From the NCBI GenBank assembly GCA_951406725.2, contig OX597829.1, forward strand, positions 22,196,001 to 22,260,000: a stretch of DNA of 64,000 nt. The letters are read 5' to 3'. The notes under the pieces are model-generated. The model saw only the letters and a program-made list of their open reading frames with translations. It made no database searches and was not told the origin of the DNA. Below, in pieces: positions 38,494-51,065 of the stretch. The stretch's first letter is position 1; every line of letters starts with the position of its first letter. A program made the translations under genes and the position numbers. This stretch comes from Octopus vulgaris. Taxonomy: Eukaryota.

Positions 38494-41400
38494 ATATGCC
38501 AGCACACACGCACACACAAACACATACACACATAATGATGTAGATGCCACATGTAATTGATTTTTTTCCAAAACATTTGTGTGAGTGTGTGTGTTTCATA
38601 AAGAAATATATTTACTACTACTATGTGTTTAATTATTTGTTAACCAAGAGCAGGCAAGTCCTAAACATTATAATAAGGTAATTTGTCCATTCATAGATCT
38701 TGTGGTTGTTTAGTCCGAAGGTAATCTTGATCAAACAGGACCATGACCAAAAGACATTGAAGCCATACTCACCTTATCCCTTTTTATGGTGGTGATTGAT
38801 GGTAGTGGTGGTGGTGGTGGTGGGGGATTGCCGTTCATAGACCAGTAGTTCAATTACCATTCCCTCCCCTCACACCAAATATTAGTAAAATATTTTCACC
38901 CACCTCGTTCTTCCCCTTATTAAGGAGAAGGCACAATAGAGTTTATTTCCATATAATTCTTCTTTGTTTGTTTGTTTCTGTCTTTTTCTTCCTTTCTTCG
39001 TCATGGTTTTAGGCAAAGTTTGGAACCATCCTAAATTTATTAAATAGAGTAATTTGTCCATCACTGTTTCAATCCCCACTATCTTACACTATATTATCCA
39101 ATGTGTCCTTTTTTTTTTTAAAAAAAAAAGACAGTAGGATATGGCTAGAGGGAGATTTGGCTGCTATTTCTAACAAGTCGAGTGAGCATGTAAAACAGTA
39201 GTTTTCAATTGAGATCCATGTGGTCCTTGGAGATCCATGTAAGATTTTGTTGTTAAAATTTATGTTTAAGAAATTGGTTATATGAGTGAAACATTAGTAG
39301 ACATAAATTGTATCGGAGCCTGCTGTACGCGTGCATGTGCGTATGTGTGTGTGTGTGCATACGTGTGTTGTACTACTCTTGAGTTTCATGATGTTGCTCA
39401 TCAAAGAATTTCTACTGAGTATTTTTCCCTCTTGTTTGTCAGTTGACAATTGCTGTTGGTTTGTTTACATCCTCATAAATTAGCAGTTCAACGAAAGAGA
39501 CTGGGTACCAGATTTAAAAATTAAGTACTGAAGTCAATTTGTTTCAAATTTGAGTCAAAGTGACAAAAGAAAAATTAACCAGCTCAGTAGTGGTGACAAC
39601 TGTGAAGTCCAGCCTAGTCCAGTCCTGTTCTCAATACATTTTACCCTGCCAGCCTTGAGAAGTGTAAATATTTATTTGACCTATACCACAGCTTAGGCTG
39701 TGAATTGGCATTAGAGCATTGGATAAAATGTCTTATAGTTTTTGTCCAGATTGTCTATGCTCTGAGTTCAAATGTCACTGAGGTCAACTTCACCTTTCAT
39801 CATTTTAGAGTTGACAACTTAAGTATCAATCCAGGATAAGGGATTGGTAGAATTGTTGGGCAGGGTCTGGAAGGATGTCACTGTATTGTATCTTTCCCAG
39901 TCGTTTGTATCCTAACAGCAATTCTTGCAATGACACTAGTGCCAATGTGTATCAGCCCAAGTTAGCAACCTTTTCTTTAATAAACATTACAGACAGACAT
40001 AGAGAGGAGACATGCACACATGGGCAACTGCCAGTGTTCCTTAAAAAGAAAATTAAATTTACCCTGGCCTGCACAGCTATGATTGATTAGGTGCAGTAAA
40101 GAAAGTCAATTATTTGATTTTTCCGCAAGCACAAATATCTCATCCATCCATCAATGGGTGATTTTTTTTTTTTTTAAATGTTGATTTCAGAGAGAGAAAG
40201 AGAGAGCTGGAATGGGATTCTTTGTGTTCTTCTCTTCCCTTACCGGCATTAATGGAATGAGTGAAATGGTTATAGTCAGGAATCATGGACTTGTTACACT
40301 GGGAGCTTTATTGCTGATATCATTTTGTTGCTGACCAGAACCTGATATGAAATCTAATGTTTGCTGGGAGATGACATCATTGTTTTATTCTCTGTAGGAT
40401 TGGAAATATGCCATTCTTGTCATTTTCTTTTTACCCTGCTGTACCTGACCTTGGCTTATACTCTACTCTCGATTTAATGTTCATCATAATAATAATAATA
40501 ATAATAATAATAATAGTGATGATGATGATATATTTCATTGTTATATGTGTTAGTTTTTTTTTTTTTTATGTTTTGCTTCTATTGTTACTGTACAAGTTAG
40601 TAATAATATTCTGTCACAGAGCACTTCAGCAATACTATTTTGGAGTGTTTACTTATCAATAATAGCAATGAGGGTTTTTTAAATTGTTTTCTTGGCTAGG
40701 CATGTGGCCAGTTTTGTTTGTTTGTTTTTTTTTTTATAGAGAGAGAGAGAGAGAAAGAGAGTTATTGGTGTGGAAAGTTATTGTTAGTTCAATGAAGCTG
40801 AGATTAAAACCAGCAGGATTTGAACCCAAAATAAAGATACAAAGATATATACCAAACTAAAAACTTTTGAGCATCAACAACACATTTCATTTGTTTGTTC
40901 TTTCCTTTTATGTATGCTTTTTTTTTTTCACATGCTAGCATAGGTTAGACGAATATATTATCGAGGCATTGTGTTGCAGCAGGATGCCTTTCCTGTTGTT
41001 AACCCTCACCTGCTTTTCTTAAGTAAGGTATCTCTTATTTTGCACAACTTTGAAGGTGGGAAGCATGCAATTTGTCTGGAGGAGAAAGGACAACACCATT
41101 CACACCAAATGACTTTCATATAGTGCAAATATAAACACATGCACACACACACACACACACGCACACACACACACACATACACAAACACAGATATATTTAT
41201 TGGTTAACTAGCTATGGAAACATTCATTTTCTCTAGTGATTGACAGCTGCATAAACAGTATCCAAGAGGGAGACATTAACTTTATGTATAAATGTGTTTG
41301 TGTGTAATGTGAGCTAAGGGAATTATCAAGTAGGCTAATAGCATGAATTTAAATAATTCAGGCAGGTAGAGACATATAGCATGAACATTCTCAATGAATT

Positions 41401-42137
41401 CAACTTTGCCAGTTAGTTGGGGAAAGAAAACAAAAATTTCACATCATTCATTAGTGACTTTTTTTTTTTTTTTTTTTTTAATCAATTCAGTCAAAAAAGG
41501 CTTGTGGCCATGCTGGGGAAGTGAAAATATTTCTTACACTTAAATGAACTTTCTGAGTTCAAGCCATCCCCTACTTATTCCTGTTCATTTTGTTTTTATT
41601 TATTTTTCCTGTTATGTAAATTTTATTGGCTACAGTTGTTAGTAATTTTTCTGTCTACACCTAACAGTCTCCGTCCCTTGAACAAAGCAAGCTCAAGAAC
41701 AAAAGGCTTTACTAATGAGACCTAATAAGACTGAAACATGTGTAATTGTCATCTTTTCTACAAGTAAAAATAAGCTTTCCCCATCCCACCCCCTTAGGAG
41801 TGAAAATTATAAATTTTCTGTGAAGTAAATCCTAAATGTCTTGAAATTATGTCTCTGTTTCATTGTTGTTAACAATAACTACTAGGGTTTTTTTGGTACT
41901 GCAGATTAGCTGCAATCCTTAAGCAGCTTGCTTTATAACCATATGTCTTTGGGTTCAGTCCCACTGTACGTCACCTTGGGCAAAGTCTTCTACTAAAGCC
42001 CTGAATCAACCAATGCCTTGTGAGTGAATTTGGGAAGTGGAAACTGTGTGGAAGCCCATTGTGTGTGTGTTTGCCCTCCCTCTCACTACTTAATAACTTG
42101 TGTTGGTTGGTTTATGTCCCCATAACTTATTAAAGTA

Positions 42138-42649
42138 CCATAAATCCTCGAGTATAATCCGCACTTTTTTCCCAAAATTTAAAGGTCAAAATCCCTAGTG
42201 TGTGCTATATACGAAGTTAAAAATGAAAATTATTTTCTAAGCAATGTCCTAGTCTCTATTTGCTGTCCGGCAATGTTTATTCAGGCGTATTTTGTGATGT
42301 CAGGCATGAAAATACCTTAAGCTAAACCTGAAAGCAATGAAGTCATAAAAGAATCATCCATAACTTGCAATAAGCAACATTTATTAAACGTTATTACTGT
42401 TATTTCTTTATTTTCTGCAAACAAAATACACAAAAAAGCTACACATTTGCATTATGTTATATATACAATAATAATAAAGGACGTTACCGTATACATTTTT
42501 ACAAACCAAGGACATTATATAGACCTCCTTGACTCAAGTTAGAGAAGGGGTGCGTATTATACACAAGGTTTAGGTTTTTCAGAGTTACAGCCCCCTAAAA
42601 ATCCCCTGCGTATTATACTCAAGGGTGAACTATACTCGAGGATTTATGG
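42138..42649. mobile_element. Tc1/mariner superfamily (Tc2/pogo-like) MITE nested in a family A SINE (~41915-42785)
   Basis: TA|ccataaatcctcgagtata ... tatactcgaggatttatgg|TA: 19-bp perfect TIR with TA duplication, plus subterminal gcgtattatac repeats. Confidence 0.9.
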
Positions 42650-42920
42650 TAATTAGGCAAAAGAGGTTGATAAAATAAATACCAGACTTAAAATAAGTAC
42701 TGTGGTTGATTTGTTTGATTAAACTGTTTAAGGTGGTGCTCCAGCATGGTTGCAATCCATTGACCAAAACAAGTAAAAAGAAAAGTTAAATGATATGAAT
42801 ATATAAATACAGAGGGAGCAGTTATGGACAAATGGTTAAGAAGTTTGCTTCATAATCATGAGGATCCATGCTCAATCTCACTAAGAGCATTTCAGACATC
42901 CTTTTAATATAGTTTTAGGT

Positions 42921-43545
42921 CGGTGGTTCTCAACCATTTTTAATCTACAGATCCCTTTGGTTACTATTTTATTCTGGTTGACCCCCATAGCTATTCGATG
43001 TTTAAAGCCTAGTTTTATAGAAACTTCTTTCAAAATTCCTATTTTGTTTTTCACACATTAAGTTGTGTAGGTTAAACTTTGTAAAATGTTAGAGAAAGAA
43101 ATCCAGCTGTTTCTTGCAATACATACCAACACATACATCTAAAGTAGGGGCTCTCAACTATTTTTTATTTATGAATTCCGTTGATTACTATTCTATTATG
43201 GTGGACCCCATTGCCACCCGATGTTTAAAAACTAGTTTCATAGAAACTTCTTTCAAAATTCCTATTTTGTTTATTACACATCTACTTGTGTAGGTTGAAC
43301 TATGTAAAAATGTTAGAGAAAGAAACCTAGCTTTTTCTTGCAATTCATACCACTGTATACATCTAAAGCAGGGTTTTCAACCATTCATAATCTGTGGACC
43401 CCTTTGATAACTATTTTATTCTGGTGGACCCCATAGCCATTCGATGTTTAAAGCCTAGTTTTATAGATACTTCTTTCAAAATTCCTATTTTGTTTTTCAC
43501 GCATTAGCTTGTGTAAGTTGAGCTATGCAGTTTCTTGCAATAGAT
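42921..43545 (+). repeat. 224-bp tandem repeat (~2.8 units), each starting with a hAT/Charlie-like terminus
   Basis: Units start at 42921 (cggtggttctcaacc), 43145 (taggggctctcaact) and 43369 (cagggttttcaacc). Shared body ctagttttatagaaacttctttcaaaattcctattttg. Confidence 0.85.
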
Positions 43546-43659
43546 ACATTCAAACCAAAACTTAATTTCCTTGGTGCCAGCCACCCTTCTCTTGATGCCC
43601 TAATGATTAATGTTTTAATGGTTAATTCAGTACTGTGTATTTGTCATGTAGATATGGGC

Positions 43660-44090
43660 ATAGGTGCAGTCGTGGCTGTGTGGTAAGAAGCTTGCTCCTA
43701 ACCACATGATTCAAGGTTCAATCCCATTGTGTGGCACCTTAGGCAAGTGTCTTCTGCTATAGCTTCGGGGCTGACCAAAGCTTTGTGAGTGGATTTGGTA
43801 GATGGAAACTGAAAGCAGCTCATCATGCACACATACATACATGCATGCATGCATGTGTGTGTGTATGTGTGTTTGCCCCTCATCACTGCTTGACAACTGG
43901 TGTTGGTGTGTTTATGTCCCTGTAACATAGTGGTTCAGCAAAAGATACTGATAGAATAAGTACCAGGCCTTAAAAAAAATCCAAAAAAGATAAGTAATGG
44001 GGGTTGATTTACTCAATAAAAGAATTGTTCAAGGCAGGGCCCCAGCATGGCCACAGTATTATGACTGAAATAAGTAAAAGATAAAAGATA
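43660..44090 (+). mobile_element. SINE family A, diverged
   Basis: Head, body and (aaagat) tail are recognisable. Further diverged copies at ~46355-46650, 51165-51340, 51935-52310 and 52530-52680. Confidence 0.85.
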
Positions 44091-45681
44091 GGCACAGACA
44101 TGGCTGTTTAGTTGTTAAGGACCACATGGTTCCTAATTCAGTTTGACTGACACCTTGAGCAAGTGTATTTTACAATTGCCTTGGATTACCCAATGGCTTC
44201 TGGTTGAAATTGGTAGATGTGTAAATTGTATAGGAGTGTGTGTGTGTAATACATATATAATTGTATTTGTATGTATGTTCAAGTGAGTATGCCATTTCTG
44301 CTTTCTCTGCATAGGACAGTGTGTGTGTGTATAATACATATATAATTGTATTTGTGTGTATGTTCAAGTGAGTTCGCCATTTCCACTTTCTCTGTATGAG
44401 ATTGTATGAACAAATGAAACGAAATAAAAAAAAAAAAGCAGTAATGGATGTGTTTATATTTCCTGTGGTTGATATGTTCTATAGCTCTAAGGTGGTAAGC
44501 TAGCAGAATCGTTAGCAGACCGGGCAAAATGCATAGTGGCATTTTGTCTGTCTTCACTTTCTGAGTTCAAATTCTGCTGAGGTTGATTTTTGCCTTTCAT
44601 CCTCTTGAGGTTGATAAAATAAGTACCAGTTGAGTACTGGGGATCAATGTAACCGACTTTTCCCCTCCCCTGAAATTGGTGACCTTGTGCCAAAATTTGG
44701 AACTAATATGTTCTATAGTTCTGTGCATTTGAAGTTTAGTGGAATAAAATTTTTTAAATTAAAAAAAAAAAAAATCCTTTACTTGAAAATCAGGTAAGTG
44801 TTGATAACAGGTAGAACATACTTCTTTTAAACCCTGACTCTAATAAGTATCCATCCAGCCCATGCTGGCTGGGGGAAATAGATGTAAAACTGAATGAATC
44901 TGCTTTCCTATGCAGACATGGACTGGATGTGACTTTTCCAAGTAGTGTTTTACAGCTAAAATGTCCTTTCTGATGCTAACCCTTTTAACCACATTTTATG
45001 TCATTTTGAGAGATGGTGCACCTCTTCTAAAATGATGATGTAGTGTGTGTATATGTATGTGTGTGTGTGTGTTACTAAGAGTTCCACTGTGAAAATGGCA
45101 CTGTTTTGCATGGCTTTGTTTTGAATTGTAGAAGACAGTTTCTTTTCCATCTCTTTTTTTTTTTTCATGTAATTTATTATGAATGACAAGAGGAGTAGGT
45201 GAAGGAAGAGGAGGAGAGGTGGCCCTCATAGCCTTTAGCAGGTCTCATTGGGGTAAATTAGTGTTAATGTAATTAATCCTCTGTTTGAAATGTTGCAGGT
45301 AAGTGCTTGTAAAGAAGACATTCCAGGGGGAATTAAGTTGTGGGGAAGAAGGAAATAAAGAGGAGGGAGAAGGGTGGAGAGAGAGATGGTAGGAGTAGTA
45401 ATAAGAGAAGAATGAAGAGAAAGTGCTTTTTCATTGTAATGTATATCCAAGAGAAGATATGAGCCTATGGTAGAGGCTTTGTGTGTGTGTGTGTGTAGAT
45501 AGATAAGGTAGATATGCAGATAGATGGATAGATTGGTAGGTAGACAGAAACAGACAGACAGTCAGACGGAGGATGGATAGATAGACAGACAGATAAATGG
45601 AAAGGTAGGTAGGTAGGTAGATGGACAGATAAATAGATAGGTAGGTAGATAGACAGGTATGTAGGTAGGTAGGTAGGTAGG

Positions 45682-45714
<33 letters not shown>

Positions 45715-46549
45715 GTGTTTGGAGACTGCATAAAAATGGGAAAATCTTGTACTACATAAGTTCATATGTGTATGTGTGACTATAGAGTTTCATCTAGTTT
45801 AACATCACCAACAAGCACTTTGGATATTTTTAGTGGAGTTCACTCTGATAGAAGCATTCTGGTTAAGTATCTGGTCTGAGAATAACTTCTTCTTTCTGTC
45901 CTTGTAAAGACTCATGGACATTGCTTTCTTTTCTAATTAAAAGAGAGAGGGAGAAAGTGAGAAACTGCTTATAGGTCTCAGCAAGGCCCATAACTCTTCT
46001 AGCTTTAGTTCGCCTAGCTGTTAAAAGATTTTAAAATCAAAACGATTTCCATTCTTATTTCACAGTTGTGCGGTTAACACTAGAAAGGAAGAGGAGGCAG
46101 CCTGTACGTAGTCACTTCGCCTGCTAGAAATAACAGGCAAATCTCAAATCAAACTCTGGTCTCTTATTAAAAAATATGGATATGCTCTTAAAAAAGAAGC
46201 TGGCTGACTGTGCCCGGTGCATATTTGATCATAGGTTTGCTTAATCAAAACCGAGCCTAAGGCTAAGCAAAAGCAAGTTGGTCATAAAATGCAAAGGCAT
46301 AATCAAACACTTTCCAACCTTAGGACTATGTTCATTATCCACTTATCCTTTGATAGTCAGTCATTGGACTGTGGCCATGATGGGACATCTTGAAGGGTTT
46401 AAGTTGTACCAATTGACCTCCACTAACCTATTATTAGGTCTGGTACTTATTCTATCAGTCTCTTTTGCTGAACCATTAAGTTACGGGGAATATAAACAAA
46501 CCAACACTGGTTGTCAAACGGTGGGTGGGAGAACACATGCACACCCACA

Positions 46550-46580
<31 letters not shown>

Positions 46581-47691
46581 TCACATAGCTTCCAGATAGT
46601 TTCCAACTACCAAATTCACTCAGGGGGCATTGGTTGGTCCAGGGTTATAATAAAAAGTAAAGACCCCTTTCGGTCATTGCATTCAGAAAGTTCCCCTCTG
46701 AGGCACAAATCCTAGCTAGATTGTTTATTGAAGGTCAGCAGTTGCCCATGCATACCAGCCTCCTCTCTCCACATCACTGATGTTACCCAAGAAAAAGGTA
46801 AAGGCTATATACATCTTGGCACCTGTGGCATCACAACTCATTTGTAGAGCTGAGTGAACTGGAGCAACGTGAAATAAAGTGTCTTGCTCAAGAGCATAAC
46901 ATACAGCCTGGTCCAGGAATCGAACTCACTACCTCATGATTGTGAGCCCACCAATGCTCTAACCACTGATTTCAAAGTGAGCTTCTTAAACACACAGCCG
47001 TGAACAAAATTAGCGACAATATCTTAAGTTTTCCACTATGCATGTGGAAAGCTCTCTGTACCACACTTGTGGGAATTTCTTCACCTTGTAAGCTTCTTTT
47101 ATCGAAAGTGAACAGTATTTTAGGATGGAATTTTACGAATAAATTCTTAACTTTTGTAGATGTAGAATATTGTTACATATTCCTGTCATTGATTCCCTTC
47201 TGCTTCGTTTATGTGACTCAACATCTGTTGCTGAACCAATAAATGACTGGTGGTGGTGGCAGTGGCAGTGGTAGCAGCAATAGTTGTTGATGTTGCTTTT
47301 TATCATCATCATCGTCATCATCATCATTATTGTCATCAGTAATATTAGGAGTTGAAGTTGTTTCAAGCTCAATCTGTGATCAGAAATATCAATACTGGTC
47401 AGTCATCATCATCATCATCATCATCGTTTAACGTCCGTTTTGCACGCTAGCACGGGTTGGACGGTTCGACCGGGGTCTGGGAAGCCAGGGGCTGCATCAG
47501 GCTCCAGTCTGATCTGGCAGTGTTTCTACAGCTGGATGCCCTTCCTAATGTCAATCACTCTGCGAGTGTAGTGTTCTGAAATTGATTTCCTTATTATCCA
47601 TACCGCCTCCATTCCATTCTCTCCCTCCCCCTTCTCTCTCTCTCTCTGCTTCTGGCCTTAAGTCAATAGGATGATGATGATGATGATAATA

Positions 47692-48032
47692 ATATGTGCA
47701 TCTCTGATCACGAGCAGAAGTAGTGAGGGTGCATCATAGTCATGTGTTGAGAGGAATTCTTTGGGTGTTTCGTTCAACATCCTTAAACAACCCTTATTCA
47801 GGAACCTTTTGAGCAGGATGAGCTACTTGACCTGAAGAAAATTCTGACTAGGCCCCCACCTGCAAGGTCATGCACTGTTTATATTGATATGAGATCACCA
47901 TATCATGCACATTTGGTTGTGATGCATGTGCCTGGTGTACCCTTATCAGACGGGTAGTCATGATGGGTATACTGGACTTTGTATATTTGTACTCCAGTGT
48001 CATTTTGATGGCATGCACTGCTCTCTTGCTCA
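47692..48032. mobile_element. Unclassified dispersed repeat family E, flanked by (AAT)/(GAT)/(AAC) tracts
   Basis: Core ggttgtgatgcatgtgcctggtgtacccttatcag recurs at 48580-48772 and, in the opposite orientation, at 62425-62662. Confidence 0.8.
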
Positions 48033-48942
48033 ACAACAACAACATAGGAAAACTCCTTCGGTCATGAATGACCATGGGATTGCACCTAGAAAAGTTACCC
48101 TCCGAGGCACAAGTCCAGGCAAGGTTGATTATGAAAGGCCAGCAGTCGCCCATACATACCAGCCTCCCCTCTCCACACTACTGATGTTATCCAAGGGAAA
48201 GGCAAAGGCCAATACATCTTGGCACCTGTGACATCACAACTCATTTCTACAGCTGAGTGAACTGGAGCAATGTGAAATAAACTGTCTTGCTCAAGAACAC
48301 AACACACAGCACGCTCCGGGAATCGAACTCACAACCTCATAATCGTAAGCTCGACGCTCTAACCACTGAGCCATGCGCCTTCACAAGAAGAAGAAGAAGA
48401 AGAATGCAGGAGTGCTATGATAGAATTGCTGCAAAGCATTTTGTCTGACACTTTAATGATTCTGTCAGCTCAGCACCTTAATAATAATAATAATAATAAT
48501 GATGGTGGTGATGATGATGATAATAATGATGATGATGATGATGATGATGATGATAATAATAATAATAATGGCCAGATAGGCTACTCAAGAAAATTCTAAC
48601 ATGGCCCCCACCTGCAAGGTCATGTGCTGTTTATCTTGATATGAGATCACCAAGTCGCACACATATGGTTGTGATGCATGTGCCTGGTGTACCCTTATCA
48701 GGCGAGTAGTCATGATGGGTGTATTGGGCTTTGTATATTTTACTTTGATGGCATGTGCTGCTCTCTCACTCAATAATGATAATAAAAGCAGCGAGAGGAC
48801 AAGTGAATGGCATCAAGTTATTGATCAGTGTTGTCTAACCAGGAGTTACTCTGATATGGTTTAGTGTGTGCAATCTATGCTATCATACCCCTGCTCCACC
48901 CACACCCCATGTATCCCACTATGTTAACAGTATTGTTGTCAA

Positions 48943-49177
48943 CTAAGGTGGCGAGCTGGCAGAAACGTTAGCACGCCGGGCGAAATGCTCAGCGGTATTT
49001 CGTCTGCTGCTATGTTCTGAGTTCAAATTCTGCCGAGGTCGACTTTGCCTTTCATCCTTTCGGGGTAGATAAATTAAGTACCAGTTACGCACTGGCATTG
49101 ATCTAATCAACTTAATCCCTCTGTCTGTCCTTGTTTGTCCCCTCTATGTTTAGCCCCTTGTGGGCAATAAAGAAATA
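48943..49177 (+). mobile_element. SINE family B (Meta-like), full length
   Basis: 14-bp target-site duplication agtattgttgtcaa at 48929-48942 and 49178-49191. Confidence 0.93.
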
Positions 49178-49456
49178 AGTATTGTTGTCAAGTAGGCAAT
49201 AGTTAAACTTTGTATGGGGTCATCAGCTGTTGAAGGCTGAAGTAGTTTCTGTTTGTATGGGGTAAACCCAGCCTTTGTGGTGGTAACATCCACTCGACCT
49301 AATAGGATTAATGAATGGTGGCCATCATATGGTAAGAGTGTAAGGGCTGCTATGTACTGTTGTTAAGCACTAGGTCAGCCACAATTTGACAGGCTTGTGA
49401 TCAAATGATTTACAACCCTGACCAATAATATCTTTGTAAGGATATATTGGACTGCA

Positions 49457-49690
49457 ATAAGGCGGCGAGCTGGCAGAAACGTTAGCACGCCAGGCGAAAT
49501 GCTTAGCGGTATTTCGTCTGCGTTATGTTGTGAGTTCAAATTCCGCCAAGGTCGACTTTGCCTTTCATCCTTTCGGGGTCGATAAATTAAGTACCAGTTA
49601 CGCACTGGGGTCGATGCAATCGACTTAATACCTATGTCTGTCCTTGTTTGTCCCCTCTGTGTTTAGCCCCTTGTGGGTAATAAAGAAATA
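49457..49690 (+). mobile_element. SINE family B (Meta-like), full length
   Basis: 16-bp target-site duplication gatatattggactgca at 49441-49456 and 49691-49706. Confidence 0.93.
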
Positions 49691-50944
49691 GATATATTGG
49701 ACTGCATTATCTATTGTGTTATGTACCTATTATTTAAGATGGTAGGATGCAACTTGAGAAGAATTGAGCTGCTATTTCTAACATAGTGAGTGACTAGCTA
49801 TATTGAAGCAGTCGGGAGTGTTTTGCAATTTCATATGTGCAGTGTTAATAAGTAGTGGGTTTGTGGTGTTTAATTGTGTTTTCTCGAGGTATATTATTGT
49901 TGTCTGTGTTTCAGTACTTAAGGAATTTGAACTTAGTAAAATAAGGCAATGAACTTTGGATATTATATAGAAACCAGCACTTTTATTATTGTTGACCAGA
50001 CTTGCTAACAACTCCAACAATGTCAATGATAATGTCTTTATTATTAATTAATAAAGTACAACAGACTTGTTAATAATTAATAAAGTACAAATAATTGTTA
50101 CTATGGTATCAATAATGTGGTGATGGAATGCTCATGTATATATATATAGCTATACTGAACTGAAAGCATCAGTACAGAAAACTCTGCTTGTCATAGTTCA
50201 TTTATTATGTTATATAGTGTAGCAATTGCTGCTCAGCACCGCTTTGGGCCTTCAAGGTTATTTGAGGTTGGTGTTTGCTAACACTGTTTTCAGAATTTAA
50301 TGATAAAACTGTGAAGTATAGTGGGAGGATAGAGAAAGACGGAAAAAAAAAAAAAAATTCCCACAAGCTTTACGTCTAGTTTAGCAACTAAATGTATTAT
50401 TGCACTATCATTTTTATGTTTGACAGAAGAATAATTGCAATCCATGTCTCAAATTACTTTTTGAACATGTCTCAGCGGGCCACAGTGACCTCCCTTCCCC
50501 CCACTTCCTCTAGACCAAAACATAAAGTAAAGCAAAAAGAAAAAGGAAAAGAAAAAGAAAAAGAAAGAAAAACTTTATATAACATTTTTTGACCTCAAAC
50601 CCACCATGTACACAATCTGATTGAATTTCACCTTATAGCATGATACGTAGATCATACAGATGTGTCTGCATTGGTTTAAGGGTGTATTTCAGAATTTTAT
50701 TCAGTTTAGCCTATCAGTACCTTGTTCCAGGATACTGATAATCAAAATTCTTATAATCACAAGCACCAATAACATCATCACCATTACCATCATCATCATG
50801 TTTCAATCAACCCAGTCTGTGTTATAAAATAGATATATAGTTAGTGTGTGTCTGTGTGACTGAATGTATGTATGTATATATGTGTGTGTGTAAGTGTGTA
50901 AACAAATTTTAATACAAGGTGAATTGAACAGACTTTATTACAAG

Positions 50945-51065
50945 TCACTACAACTGTTTCGCCACACCATCATCAGCTGTTAATTGTTGAATGTTACATA
51001 TATTATACGCAATATTGTATTAATGTGATTCGCCATTATCTGTATACATGCACATCATCAGGCGA
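50945..51065 (-). ncRNA. Type I hammerhead-ribozyme-like motif with two CTGATGA boxes
   Basis: Minus strand reads tcgc-CTGATGA (51061-51055)...CTGATGA (50976-50970)-tggtgtggc-GAAAC-agtt-GTA-gtga. Stem I tcgc/gtga; AATAAA immediately downstream. Confidence 0.5.

Noticed and set aside
44236-44400. 85-bp tandem duplication (also ~77-bp at 15051-15200)
   Set aside because: Ordinary two-copy diverged duplications with no further structure.
45296-45306. Strong donor CAG|GTAAGT (also near 44790 and 51243)
   Set aside because: No convincing upstream acceptor or OSBP-like frame. The 51243 site is a small insertion inside a SINE.
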